Shown here: positions 17,074 to 27,107 of the stretch, piece by piece
Layout: every line of letters begins with the position of its first letter
Position numbering within the stretch: position 1 is the stretch's first letter
Source: Rhodobacterales bacterium
Lineage (GTDB): Bacteria > Pseudomonadota > Alphaproteobacteria > Rhodobacterales > Rhodobacteraceae
Length of the DNA stretch: 64,000 nt
Direction of reading: 5' to 3'
Assembly (NCBI GenBank): GCA_043721775.1
Contig: JAYSQA010000374.1
Span: 7,940-71,939, forward strand
Position numbers and translations under genes: made by a program
Notes under the pieces: generated by a model
Seen by the model: only the letters and a program-made list of their open reading frames with translations
The model's database searches: none
Told to the model about the DNA's origin: nothing

Positions 17074-18744
17074 TTAGGCATCGGCGGAATAGCGACCAAG
17101 GCGCAGGTCTTCCTCGATCAGGGCCTGGTCGCGCAGTTCTGGCGGGCCGTAGCCACCGCCCCCCGGGGTACGCACGCGGACGCGGTCTCCGGGGGCAAGG
17201 GCGATGTCTTGCGCTTTGGAGAGATGCTCGGGGATGGTCGTAACACCGTTGCGGGTCACTTCCACCCGATTCACTGCGCCATCCTGCCCACCCAAAGCGC
17301 CTTGCGGACCAGTGCGGCCATGGTCCATCACGAAACTGGCGCGGGCGTTGCCTCGAAGAAGTTCGATTTCATAGTCCAGTCCGAAGCCGCCGCGATGCTG
17401 GCCCGCTCCGCCAGAGCCATCATGCAGGGCGTAGCGGTGATAAAGGACGGGGAAGTTCTGCTCCATGATCTCGACCGGAGGCGCCTTGGAAATACCGATG
17501 GTAGAGCAGCCATTCGAAAGCCCGTCATGGTCAGCATTGCCACCATAACCGCCGCCAGAGATTTGGTACATCACGTAGTCGCGGCCCGTCATCGGGTCAT
17601 GACCGCCCAACCCGAAATTGCCGCTGGTTCCGGCGGGTGAGGCGGTCACACGGTCGGGTAAAACAGGCACTAAAGCCGCAAAAACCGCCTCGGCAATGCG
17701 TTGGCTGACTTCAGCCGCGCAGCCCGAGACGGGGCGCGGATAGGCAGCGTCGAGGAAGGTTCCTGCGATATTTTCAACGATCAGCGGCTCGAACGCGCCG
17801 GCCGAGAGGGGCACTTCGGGGAAGATGTGGCGGATGGCAAGATAGACGGAAGACAGGGTCGTGGCGCGGACCGAGTTCATCGGGCCCATGCAAGGGGGCG
17901 AGGAGCCTGCGAAGTCAAAATGCAGGTCGGAGCCTTTGCGTTCGACCGACAGGGCGATTGTCAGTGGCTCGTTCACAACGCCGTCACTGTCGATGAACGC
18001 GCGGGATTGATGGCGGCCTTCGGGGATCAGGGCAATCAGATTGCGCATCTGCCTTGCCGCGCGCAGACGGATTTCGGCGATGGCATCGGCCACAGTTGCA
18101 TCTGTGTAGCGGTCAAGCAGCATCGAAAGACGTTCGGCACCGATCAGAAGGGCCGAGGCCTGCGCCTTGACGTCGCCGATCCGCTGGTCGGACACCCGGA
18201 TGTTGGAGCGGATGATATCCCAGATCTCGCGGTCCATCTGCCCGCGTTTGAACAGTTTCACCGGAGGCAGGCGCAGGCCCTCTTGTTCCGCACTGATGGC
18301 CGAAGCGGAGAATCCGCCGGGAACAGCGCCGCCGGTATCAGGCCAATGGCCGGTGTTGGACAGCCAGAAAGCGAGCCTGTTGTAGCGGAAATAGGGCAGA
18401 ACGAAGCGCACATCCATCAGGTGGGTGCCGCCAAGGTAGGGATCGTTGACGATGTAGATATCGCCGGGTTCGGGTGCGGCGGTGATACCAGCGGCGATGC
18501 GCGCGATGAGGGTCTGAGTGGAAAATTGCATGACGCCCACAAAAACCGGCAGCCCCTGCGCGCCTTGAGCGATCAGCGCGCCATCCCCGGCGGCATAAAT
18601 GCCATCAGAGCGGTCGTTCGCCTCGGCGATCACCGGCGAAAAGGCGGCGCGGGAGAAGGTCAGGTCCATCTCGTCGCAGATTTGCTGAAGGCTGGCCTGG
18701 ATGACGGCGAGGGTGACGGGGTCGACCTTAGCGGATTGGGGCAT
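17074..18744 (-). CDS. Hydantoinase B / 5-oxoprolinase beta-type subunit
   Basis: RAAFSPVIAEAND, NDPYLGGTHLMD, HWPDTGGAVPG, GSGGAGQHRGG, TPGGGGYG. Confidence 0.92.
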   Translation of the reverse strand: MPQSAKVDPVTLAVIQASLQQICDEMDLTFSRAAFSPVIAEANDRSDGIYAAGDGALIAQGAQGLPVFVGVMQFSTQTLIARIAAGITAAPEPGDIYIVNDPYLGGTHLMDVRFVLPYFRYNRLAFWLSNTGHWPDTGGAVPGGFSASAISAEQEGLRLPPVKLFKRGQMDREIWDIIRSNIRVSDQRIGDVKAQASALLIGAERLSMLLDRYTDATVADAIAEIRLRAARQMRNLIALIPEGRHQSRAFIDSDGVVNEPLTIALSVERKGSDLHFDFAGSSPPCMGPMNSVRATTLSSVYLAIRHIFPEVPLSAGAFEPLIVENIAGTFLDAAYPRPVSGCAAEVSQRIAEAVFAALVPVLPDRVTASPAGTSGNFGLGGHDPMTGRDYVMYQISGGGYGGNADHDGLSNGCSTIGISKAPPVEIMEQNFPVLYHRYALHDGSGGAGQHRGGFGLDYEIELLRGNARASFVMDHGRTGPQGALGGQDGAVNRVEVTRNGVTTIPEHLSKAQDIALAPGDRVRVRTPGGGGYGPPELRDQALIEEDLRLGRYSADA

Positions 18745-20755
18745 GGGGTACCTCGATGATCAAGTTGCCATCCAGGTCTGTGGACACATTGCAGCCCGGT
18801 TCGATGAGGATGGTGGTGTCCATCTGCTCGATGATGGCGGGGCCGGTCAGCGTGGCAGGAAGTGGCATGTGGTCGCGCCAGTAGACCGGCGTTTGCACCC
18901 AGCCGTTGAACCAGACCGGGCGGCAATCACACGAAGAAAGCGTCTCTGCACGGCCGGAAGTTGGGATCAGCTGCCCAAGGTCAGGCTCTGGCCTGCGACC
19001 GACGACCGAGACGGACAGGTTCACCAGATTGGCCCGGATGGCGGGAAGATCAACACGGAAACGGGCGAAATAGGCAGCCTCGAACAGGGTTTGCAGGTCT
19101 TGCTGCGAAGGCGTTGCATGGGGAAGGCGGATGCGCAGCAGGTGGGTTTGCCCGATAAACTGCATGTCGGCGGAATATTCAGCTTCAATCATCTGGACCT
19201 GTACCGGTTCGAAGGCGATCAAAGCACGACCCTCGGCCTCTTGTGCGGCAAGGATGGCGTGGACAAAAGGCATGTCGGCCAAGTCAAGCGGCTGGTTGAT
19301 CGTGCGCACGAAGTCATGGCGCAGGTCGGCCACGACGCAGCCCAACGCGTTGGTCAGGCCGGGGCGGGCAGGCACCAGAACGCGGGGCACGGCGAGTTCC
19401 TGTGCCAGCGCCACCGCATGCAGGGGGCCAGCGCCGCCGAAGGCAAACAGCGCGAAGTCACGGGGATCGGCACCCAATGACAGCGACACCATGCGGATCG
19501 CTCCGGCCATGTGTGTGTTGGCGATGCGCACCACCGCTTCAGCCGCGTGTTCGACGGACAGGCCAAGGGGCGTGGCGATCTGGTCTTGCATCGCCTGCCG
19601 CGCAGCTTCAGCCGCCACGCCGAAGCGGGTGGCGGGCAGGCGCCCGAGGATCAGGTTGGCGTCGGAAATCGTCACCAAACGGCCTCCGCGGCCATAGCAG
19701 ACCGGGCCGGGATCAGAGCCGGCGCTTTCCGGACCGACCCTGATCATGCCGCCAGCGTCAATCCGGGCGACTGAACCGCCGCCAGCGCCAACAGTCCGCA
19801 CATCGACCATCGGCACGTGGATCGGCATGGCATATTCCACCTCGATCTCGTTCGAGACCGGGGCGCGGCCATTGCGGATCATCGCGACATCGGTTGAAGT
19901 GCCGCCCATGTCATAGGTCAGAAGGTTGGGCATTCCAGCCCGCCGTCCGGTGGCCAAAGCTGCCATCACGCCAGAGGCAGGGCCGGACATCACGGTCTTG
20001 ACCGCTTCTTTCGAGACTTTTTCGGCGGCTACCATGCCGCCATTGCCATTCATTACCAGAAGGTTGCCGCAATAACCCTGTGCACGCAGGTCCTTGGCCA
20101 ATCGGCGGATATAACGATCCAGCAGGGGTTGCACGGCGGCGTTGACGGCGGCGGTAACGCCCCGTTCAAACTCTCGGCTTTCGGACAGAAGGGCATGGCC
20201 GAGGGTAATGTGGTCGTTAGGCCAGATCTCGCGGGCAATCTCACCGGCGCGAAGCTCGTGGGCGGGGTTGGCATAGGCGTGCAGGAAGTGGATGACAAGG
20301 CTTTCACACCCTTGGTCGCGCAAATGGGTGACGGCCTGGCGTACGGCGGCCTCATCCATATCTGTCACTATATTGCCCGAAGCATTCATTCGCTCGGGCA
20401 CTTCAAGCCGCAGGTCACGTGGGATGACGGGACGGAACTGGCCCGTCATGCCGTAGGCTTGCGGTCTGGTCCGGCGGCCCAGTTCCAGCACGTCGCGGAA
20501 ACCTTGGGTGGTGATCAGGCCGGTCTTGCACAGGTTTCTTTCAAGAACCGCGTTGGTCGTGGTGGTGGTGCCGTGGACGATCAGGCCGATGTCGGCAAGG
20601 TTCACCTCGGCCGCAGCAAAGGCCCCCAGCACGCCGCCCGCCTGATTGGGCAAAGTGGTCGGCACCTTGGCCATCTTCAGTCCGCCGGTTGCCGGATCAA
20701 GGATCACCAGATCAGTGAAAGTGCCGCCAACATCAACGCCCGCAACCAATGCCAT
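18728..20755 (-). CDS. Hydantoinase A / 5-oxoprolinase ATP-binding subunit
   Basis: GVDVGGTFTD, HGTTTTTNA, SGPASG, DMGGTSTD, GAGGGS, FGGAGPLHA. Confidence 0.93.
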   Translation of the reverse strand: MALVAGVDVGGTFTDLVILDPATGGLKMAKVPTTLPNQAGGVLGAFAAAEVNLADIGLIVHGTTTTTNAVLERNLCKTGLITTQGFRDVLELGRRTRPQAYGMTGQFRPVIPRDLRLEVPERMNASGNIVTDMDEAAVRQAVTHLRDQGCESLVIHFLHAYANPAHELRAGEIAREIWPNDHITLGHALLSESREFERGVTAAVNAAVQPLLDRYIRRLAKDLRAQGYCGNLLVMNGNGGMVAAEKVSKEAVKTVMSGPASGVMAALATGRRAGMPNLLTYDMGGTSTDVAMIRNGRAPVSNEIEVEYAMPIHVPMVDVRTVGAGGGSVARIDAGGMIRVGPESAGSDPGPVCYGRGGRLVTISDANLILGRLPATRFGVAAEAARQAMQDQIATPLGLSVEHAAEAVVRIANTHMAGAIRMVSLSLGADPRDFALFAFGGAGPLHAVALAQELAVPRVLVPARPGLTNALGCVVADLRHDFVRTINQPLDLADMPFVHAILAAQEAEGRALIAFEPVQVQMIEAEYSADMQFIGQTHLLRIRLPHATPSQQDLQTLFEAAYFARFRVDLPAIRANLVNLSVSVVGRRPEPDLGQLIPTSGRAETLSSCDCRPVWFNGWVQTPVYWRDHMPLPATLTGPAIIEQMDTTILIEPGCNVSTDLDGNLIIEVPHAPIR

Positions 20756-21333
20756 CAGCGCAGCCCGTCCTCGCCCTTGACCTGGCCTGCCTCCAGCCCG
20801 CCCATGCGAGAGTGGATGCGCGGGCCTTTCGACATGGCGAGGACGAAGACGATCTCATCAGCGCGGGGGGCGTCAGGGATGGTAACGGTGATGGCATCGA
20901 AGTGGCTGCGGACGTAAGCCGCGTTGATATGGGCCAGCGGCACATCAAGGCTGCCACCCATCGCGGCCACCTTCATGGCAGAAGGCACGATGGCCCGGCT
21001 TTCGCCCAGACGCGCGCGCATTGCATAGCCGCCGGGGGAATGCCAAAGCGCGCCGTGTTCCACCTCGCCGCCGGTGCCGACCATGGCGCCCTTGCCGTAG
21101 CCGTCAATCCCTTCGCGTCCGCCGAGCGCCGCGATCAGGCGATCGGTCATCATCAAGCCAAGGGGTTTCAGATCCTCCATTGCGGGCTGCAAATCAGGCT
21201 CGAACATGGCGAAAAACGGATTCTTGACGACGGCGAGGATGGCTCCGCGCAGACGGGGGGCGGAGGCGGGGCCGCCCTCGTGGAAGATCTCCTCGATCTG
21301 CACGGTCAGGCGGCGAAGGGGGAAGTCAGGCAT
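20755..21333 (-). CDS. DUF1185 / 'amino acid synthesis' family protein
   Basis: EEIFHEGG, AVVKNPF, GYGKGAMVG..GEVEHGALWH, AAYVRSHFD, DAPRADEI, DGLR. Confidence 0.8.
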   Translation of the reverse strand: MPDFPLRRLTVQIEEIFHEGGPASAPRLRGAILAVVKNPFFAMFEPDLQPAMEDLKPLGLMMTDRLIAALGGREGIDGYGKGAMVGTGGEVEHGALWHSPGGYAMRARLGESRAIVPSAMKVAAMGGSLDVPLAHINAAYVRSHFDAITVTIPDAPRADEIVFVLAMSKGPRIHSRMGGLEAGQVKGEDGLR

Positions 21334-22147
21334 GATAGGGCTCCAGTAGGGCGGCGGCAGTGGTGCAAAGATGCGCATTGAGACAGAGGGCGGCACCAAG
21401 GATCAGGCCGCGTTGCAGGCAGGCTTCGGCGAAAGTCTGGCCGTGGGAAAGGGCGCGCACGGTTTCGGCTTCGGTCAACGGGCCGACATGGGTGGTGACA
21501 AGGCGCGGGCCAAGATCGCTGTCGCATTGCAGGCTGTCGGCGCGGGCGCGGTCGATGGCGGGATGGTCCGGCAGGTTTACTTCATTGGCAATCATGGTGG
21601 CAGCGGCATCGGCCATGGCAGCGGTTTTGGCAAGAACGGTCACGCTATCGGCGATGCCCATTGAAAAGCTGCGCCCGCGCCAGCCCGAAGTGGCGATGCC
21701 ACGGATTGGGTCGCTATGCGTGATCGTTATCCGGTGCGGCGTGCCTGCGATAGCGGCGCTGAGGGTTTGACCGGAAGAGAGGTGCAAGGCAATATCGCCG
21801 CCGTTGTTGACATAAGCCCGCAACAACGGGGCTTGCGTCATCGCGGCCAGAACGGCTTCGGCCACAGCACCGGCAACGGCGGCCATCGGTGTGATGAAGG
21901 CGGGGCGGTAGGGGGCGACGGCGGCAGCCATTTTTCGGGCGATCGGGCCCTTCAGAGACACATTTTGGCGTCGCAGGGCCGGAAGCTCGCTGACCAGTTC
22001 CTCTAGCAGGCCATCGAAGCGCAGGGTTGCATTGCGGTAAGCGGTTGCGGTGGCAAAGGGGGTGCCCCAAGCCTCGCAGATCAGGTCAATCGGGCCGTGG
22101 TGCAGGTGCAGGCGGCCATCGGCAAGGGATGTGGTTTGCGGGGTCAT
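21326..22147 (-). CDS. UPF0280 / ApbE-like (putative flavin transferase) protein
   Basis: LHHGPIDL, TPMAAVAGAVA, VNNGGDIA, GIATSGWRGRSFS, ADAAAT; start at an ATGA overlap. Confidence 0.8.
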   Translation of the reverse strand: MTPQTTSLADGRLHLHHGPIDLICEAWGTPFATATAYRNATLRFDGLLEELVSELPALRRQNVSLKGPIARKMAAAVAPYRPAFITPMAAVAGAVAEAVLAAMTQAPLLRAYVNNGGDIALHLSSGQTLSAAIAGTPHRITITHSDPIRGIATSGWRGRSFSMGIADSVTVLAKTAAMADAAATMIANEVNLPDHPAIDRARADSLQCDSDLGPRLVTTHVGPLTEAETVRALSHGQTFAEACLQRGLILGAALCLNAHLCTTAAALLEPYHA

Positions 22148-23592
22148 CGCTTGCCCTTGTCTGGCCAAGGGTGCAGGTGCGCGGCGGTCGGGTATTGGCC
22201 GCCTTGGGCAAGGGCCTGATCGACGGTAACCATCTGGTCGATATGGCCGCCCATCGCGACATAGTCCGTCACGGGGATGGTGAATTCCAGTGGGGCGACG
22301 AGGGCGGGGGTGGGAACAGACCCGAACGCCCCATTTGGCAGGTGCAAGACATCCACCATGAAGGTAATACCGCCGCCGGGCCAGACATAGCATGGCACCC
22401 CGCCAAGGGTCAGCCTGGTGTGGCCTTGCTGGACAGACCTTGTCAGGCGCACAGGATTTTTCGTGACACCGGCGCGCAGCGAGCCTCCGGCGCCGCCGAC
22501 GAACAAGACCGTGCAAAGGGCAGGCTCGCAGTTCTCGGCGATGAGGGTGACGGTGGGCAGAAGTGCATCGGGAAAAGGCTGTTTCTGCGGGGTCAGAGCC
22601 TGATCCAGCCTGTAATAGGCATAGTCTTCGCCAGTGGTCGAGACCATCAAAAGGGTCATGCCGGGGCGAGCGCCTTTTTCGGGACGCCAGGGGCCAAGGA
22701 TTTCCAGCGGGTCGGTCAGTGCGGTGCCGCCCCAGCCAAGGCCCGCATCAGAGACGCGGAAGTAGCGTCCGGGGGTTGATCGGTAGCCCTTGATCCTGAT
22801 GCCAGTGGCGGGCCAGTCCAGCACCTTGCCCGCCTGATGTTCCGAGACGACGCCGGTGATGTGATCATCCACCACCACCACCTCATCCACCAGTCCTTGC
22901 CATTGTGCCGCAAACATCCCGATGGTGGCGGACCCGCAGCCGACACGCATGCGGTGTTCTGGTATGCCATCAACAATCGGGGGCTTTCCAGCCTGAACGG
23001 TGACACTTGCGCCGTGGTCGATCATCAGGTTGACGGCCTCGGCGTTGCACAGCGCCAACATCGCGGCACAGGTCTCGCGCCCTTCGGCCTTGGTGCCACC
23101 GGTCAGATGATGCACCCCGCCCAGCGACAGCATCTGGCTGCCGTATTCGGCTGTGGTGACGTGGCCGATCACCTCGCCACGAAAGCGTACCTCGGCACCT
23201 TCGGGGCCAAGGTGGCGGTCGGTGTCAATCTTCACCTTGACGCCGCAGTACGAAAAAATTGCCTCGGTCACCACGGTGACCATATCAGCGCCTTCAACTT
23301 TGCTTGAGACGATGAACGGCGCTGGTTTGTAGTCCGGGTAAGTGGTGCCAGAGCCTATGCCGGTGACGAAGGTGTCGGCTGGAACAGGCTCTGATCTTGC
23401 GTTTTCGGGCCATTCCTTGCTGGCAAAGGGGATGATGCGGCTACCCGATTTCAGCGCGTGTGACAGCATCACCATGGGGTCAGTCCGCACGATCCGGCCA
23501 TCGGCGTTGGCGTAGCGGTCACAGGCACCGGTCTGGCCCGGGGCTACGAAGCACATCACCGGGCAGGCGTCACAGCGGATTTTCTCAGACAT
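22144..23592 (-). CDS. 6-hydroxynicotinate reductase-like Fe-S flavoprotein
   Basis: N-terminal CDACPVMC..GACDRY, GIGSGTTYPDYKPAP, SYCGVKVKIDTD, MRVGCGSATIG, GGAGGSLRAG; follows a nicotinate-dehydrogenase-like gene pair. Confidence 0.8.
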   Translation of the reverse strand: MSEKIRCDACPVMCFVAPGQTGACDRYANADGRIVRTDPMVMLSHALKSGSRIIPFASKEWPENARSEPVPADTFVTGIGSGTTYPDYKPAPFIVSSKVEGADMVTVVTEAIFSYCGVKVKIDTDRHLGPEGAEVRFRGEVIGHVTTAEYGSQMLSLGGVHHLTGGTKAEGRETCAAMLALCNAEAVNLMIDHGASVTVQAGKPPIVDGIPEHRMRVGCGSATIGMFAAQWQGLVDEVVVVDDHITGVVSEHQAGKVLDWPATGIRIKGYRSTPGRYFRVSDAGLGWGGTALTDPLEILGPWRPEKGARPGMTLLMVSTTGEDYAYYRLDQALTPQKQPFPDALLPTVTLIAENCEPALCTVLFVGGAGGSLRAGVTKNPVRLTRSVQQGHTRLTLGGVPCYVWPGGGITFMVDVLHLPNGAFGSVPTPALVAPLEFTIPVTDYVAMGGHIDQMVTVDQALAQGGQYPTAAHLHPWPDKGKR

Positions 23593-26194
23593 GTCTGTCG
23601 CCTTTCATGGCGGCGAGGATGCGGTGGGGCAGGGCGGGCAGATGGGTGATGCGGGCACCGGTGGCATTTCGTATGGCGTTGAGGATGGCCGGGGCGGTGG
23701 GGATCAGCACGTGTTCGCCCAGGCCCTTGGCACCGTAAGGGCCTTCGGGGTCTGGCACCTCGATGAGGATGCTTTCAATGGGTGGCACGTCGCCAAAGGT
23801 CGGGATCAGGTAGTCGTGCAGGTTGTCGGTGCGGCCTGCGATGTAATCTTCCATCAGCGCCATGCCGATGCCTTGGGCGATGCCGCCTTCGATCTGGCCT
23901 TCAGCAAGCATTGGGTTGATGGCGCGGCCAAGGTCATGGGCGGCGGTGATCTTGTGAAGCGTCACCGTTCCAAGGTCGGGGTCCACTGACAGTTCCACCA
24001 TCTGCGCACCATAGCCATGTACGGCGTAAGGGCTGCCCTGACCCTTGGAATCCAGCGGTTTGGTGGGCGGGTCGTAGGTTTCCTCGACACAAAGCGCATA
24101 GCCCATGGCATCGACGGGCAAGGCCGTCAGGAGTTGGTTGCCCAGACCAAGCAAGGCCCTGCGCAACGCCTCTGCCGCAGCCTTTGCCGCACGGCCTGTC
24201 ACATAGGTCTGTCGGCTGGCCGAAGTTTTTCCGGCATCTGGCGAAAGGGTAGTGTCAGGGCCGATCAGGCGCAGGGCGCTGACAGCAACGCCAAGCGTTT
24301 CAGCTACGATTTGCGCGATAACCGTGTTGGAGCCTTGGCCGATGTCCGTAGCGCCTTGATGCAGGGTGATTTGTCCGGCTGGTGTGATGCCGATGCGGAT
24401 GGTGGAGGGGTTAGGCAAAGCCGTGTTGCCGCAGCCATACCAGCATGACGCGACACCGACGCCGCGGAATGGGGTCTTTTGCGCGTGGGCCAAGGCGCGG
24501 TGCCAGTGCGGGCGCAACGCTTCCAGGCAAGGCGTAATGCCGGTGGCTTGCATGACTTGGCCCGTGGAAGAGTGATCGCCGTCGCGCAGGGCGTTGAGGA
24601 TGCGAAATTCCAGCCGGTCCAGTCCAACGTCAAGGGCCAGATCGTCAAACAGGGTTTCTTGCCAGACTGCGGCCTGGGGCACGCCAAAGCCCCGGAAGGC
24701 ACCCGAGACCGGACCGTGGGTATGAACCGCCCGGGCGTGCGCCGTGATGTTTGGGGTCAGGTAAGGTCCGGAAGCGTGAACAGGAACGCGGTTGGCGACA
24801 GTGGGCCCCCATGAGGCATAGGGGCCGGTGTCAAAGCGGCCAGCGAACTCCATGCCAGTGATGCGGCCCTTGGCATCACAACCAATGTGGCCATGGATTT
24901 CGGCCGGATGGCGCTTGGTGGTAGAGACCATGCTTTCGGCGCGGCTATAGGTCATGCGGCTGGGTCTGCCGGTCACCAGCGTGACAAGGCCGATCAGCGG
25001 TTGCAGGCTGACGTCCAGCTTCGACCCAAAGCCGCCACCTACGGCAGAGGGGATGATGCGGACGCGGTCAACCGGCAAGCCAAGGACGGCGGCGGTGTCG
25101 TCACGGTCCATCACCGGGGCTTGGGTACAGGCCCGGATGACCAGTGTGTCACCCTCCATCCAGGCGGCACCGGCTTCGGGCTCGATATAGGCGTGTTCGA
25201 CATGGGTTGTGGTGACAGAGCCTGTGGCGATGTGGGCGGAACCGGCAAGGGCCTGCGCGGCATCGCCTTTGATGACGCGGCCTTGGGTCAGCAGATTGCC
25301 GGGGCGGTTGGGGTGCAGAAGGGCTGCATCGGCGTTCTCGGCTGCTTCGGGGGACAGCAGGCTGGCAAGCGGCGTCCACAGGATGGGAAAGGATGTCAGG
25401 TCAGGTTCCAGGCCCGGCGCGAAAGCTACCAGCGCCACGCATTCGCCACGAAACCGGGCGGGCGAGGCGGCTATGGCGGGCTGGTCAACGAAGGCCGGGA
25501 TGACGCCAAACGCGTTGCGGCCAGGAATGTCGACGGCAGTGAAGACAGCCACGACACCGGGGCGGGCGGCAAAGGCTTTCAGGTCGCCGAAGGTAAAGGC
25601 AGCGTGTGGGTGGGGGGAGCGGACTGCTTTCACCGTCAGCGCCCCTTGCGGGGCAAAGTCTGCGCCGAAACAATCACCGGCCACCTTGGCCACGCCATCA
25701 ATCCGCGGCAGACGATCGCCGATTTTATCACCTGCAACAGCCTCGATGCGGGCGGACTTGGCATCCATCACCGCTGCGATGATCTTGCGATAGCCAGTGC
25801 AGCGGCACAAGACGCCGCCCAAAGCCTGCTCCACCGCCTTGGCCGTTGGCTGCGGAGTGTGCGCAAGCAGATCGCAGGCGGCCATCAGCATGCCGGGCGT
25901 ACAGATGCCGCATTGGGCGGCTCCGTGGCGCAAAAAACTGGCGCGCAGTAGGTCAAGAGTGGGAGTTTGAGCCTCTACTGTTTCAACCTGTGTCCCCTCG
26001 ACCCGGGCCGAGGGGACAAGGCAGGCACAGACTGCGCGACCGTTGATCAGCACCGTACAAGCGCCACAGTCACCGGCATCACAGCCGACTTTGGTGCCTT
26101 TCAGGCCAAGATGTTCCCGAAGCGTCTCTGTCAGGCGCAGGGTCGGTGGGACGTCCGCTGTGACCGCAGCGCCGTTCAGAAGAAAGCGGATCAT
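23585..26194 (-). CDS. Xanthine-oxidase-family Mo hydroxylase, fused 2x[2Fe-2S] and Moco domains (nicotinate dehydrogenase-like)
   Basis: GCDAGDCGAC, QCGICTPG, LCRCTGY, GGGFGSK, AFRGFGVPQ, GQGS, KGLGE. Confidence 0.9.
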   Translation of the reverse strand: MIRFLLNGAAVTADVPPTLRLTETLREHLGLKGTKVGCDAGDCGACTVLINGRAVCACLVPSARVEGTQVETVEAQTPTLDLLRASFLRHGAAQCGICTPGMLMAACDLLAHTPQPTAKAVEQALGGVLCRCTGYRKIIAAVMDAKSARIEAVAGDKIGDRLPRIDGVAKVAGDCFGADFAPQGALTVKAVRSPHPHAAFTFGDLKAFAARPGVVAVFTAVDIPGRNAFGVIPAFVDQPAIAASPARFRGECVALVAFAPGLEPDLTSFPILWTPLASLLSPEAAENADAALLHPNRPGNLLTQGRVIKGDAAQALAGSAHIATGSVTTTHVEHAYIEPEAGAAWMEGDTLVIRACTQAPVMDRDDTAAVLGLPVDRVRIIPSAVGGGFGSKLDVSLQPLIGLVTLVTGRPSRMTYSRAESMVSTTKRHPAEIHGHIGCDAKGRITGMEFAGRFDTGPYASWGPTVANRVPVHASGPYLTPNITAHARAVHTHGPVSGAFRGFGVPQAAVWQETLFDDLALDVGLDRLEFRILNALRDGDHSSTGQVMQATGITPCLEALRPHWHRALAHAQKTPFRGVGVASCWYGCGNTALPNPSTIRIGITPAGQITLHQGATDIGQGSNTVIAQIVAETLGVAVSALRLIGPDTTLSPDAGKTSASRQTYVTGRAAKAAAEALRRALLGLGNQLLTALPVDAMGYALCVEETYDPPTKPLDSKGQGSPYAVHGYGAQMVELSVDPDLGTVTLHKITAAHDLGRAINPMLAEGQIEGGIAQGIGMALMEDYIAGRTDNLHDYLIPTFGDVPPIESILIEVPDPEGPYGAKGLGEHVLIPTAPAILNAIRNATGARITHLPALPHRILAAMKGDRHV

Positions 26195-27009
26195 CGGGCG
26201 ATCTCCTCCACCAGGCGGCGCAGCAGGGTGACGGTGGCTTGGGTTCGGTAAGCTGCGGTGGCGCGGATATCGTCGATCGGCGCAAGTGCGGTGCGGATCA
26301 GTTCGGGGTGAATGTCCAAGGCATCAAGGCTTTGCCCGGTCAGGGCCGCTTCAAAGGCGCGCAATCGGCGGGCCGTTGGGCCGCAAGACCCGACCGCAGC
26401 GCTGGCATGTGTGATCTGCCCGTTCAGCGTGACCACGCGCAAGGCGGCCATGGCGATGGAAATCACCAGATGGCTTCTGGCCCCCAGCTTGACGAAAGCA
26501 GAGCGGCCTTGCAGCGCGAACGCGGGAATATGAACGGCCACCAGGATCTCACCCGGTGCGATGGCCAGCTTGCGCGGCCCGATCAGGCAGTGTTCCAACG
26601 GCATCCTGCGCGCGCCATTTTCACCTGCAAGCTCCACTTCAGCGGACAGTGCCAGAAGCGGCGGGATGCCGTCTGCGGCCGGAGAGGCGTTGCAGATATT
26701 GCCGCCGATGGTGCCGGCGTTTTGCACCTGACGGCCGCCAACCTGACGTGCGGCCTGTTGCAAGGCATCCAGTGCTGCGGGCAGGCTGGCTTCTGCAATT
26801 TGCGACCATGTGGTGCAGGCCCCAATGCGCAGGCCGTCGCCTGCCGAAATCCCCTGCAACTCGGGAACCGAGGTCACGTCAACCACATCGCCCGCAAGCC
26901 CCCAGCCGGCGTTGGGGTAAAGGTCTGTCCCACCTGCCAGCACGCGGTAGCCCAGACCGGCAAGCGCAAGCGCCTTGGTCAGATCCGATGGGCGGGCGTA
27001 GACAGGCAT
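26191..27009 (-). CDS. FAD-binding subunit of the Mo hydroxylase (CoxM/NdhF-like)
   Basis: LAGGTDL, QVQNAGTIGGNICNASPAAD, PIDDIRATAAYR. Confidence 0.9.
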   Translation of the reverse strand: MPVYARPSDLTKALALAGLGYRVLAGGTDLYPNAGWGLAGDVVDVTSVPELQGISAGDGLRIGACTTWSQIAEASLPAALDALQQAARQVGGRQVQNAGTIGGNICNASPAADGIPPLLALSAEVELAGENGARRMPLEHCLIGPRKLAIAPGEILVAVHIPAFALQGRSAFVKLGARSHLVISIAMAALRVVTLNGQITHASAAVGSCGPTARRLRAFEAALTGQSLDALDIHPELIRTALAPIDDIRATAAYRTQATVTLLRRLVEEIAR

Positions 27010-27071
27010 TCGGGCCTCATTCGTTTGCACACATGCAGTTTGCGACCTGCGCGAGGCCGCTGTCAACTTCC

Positions 27072-27107
27072 TTGCGCGGCAGGCGTGGCTTCGGTATCCA
27101 AAAGCAA
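27072..27107 (+). promoter_or_regulatory. Putative sigma70-type promoter giving a leaderless marR mRNA
   Basis: TTGCGC (27072-27077) N17 TATCCA (27095-27100); predicted +1 at or near the A of ATG 27107; no RBS. Confidence 0.45.
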
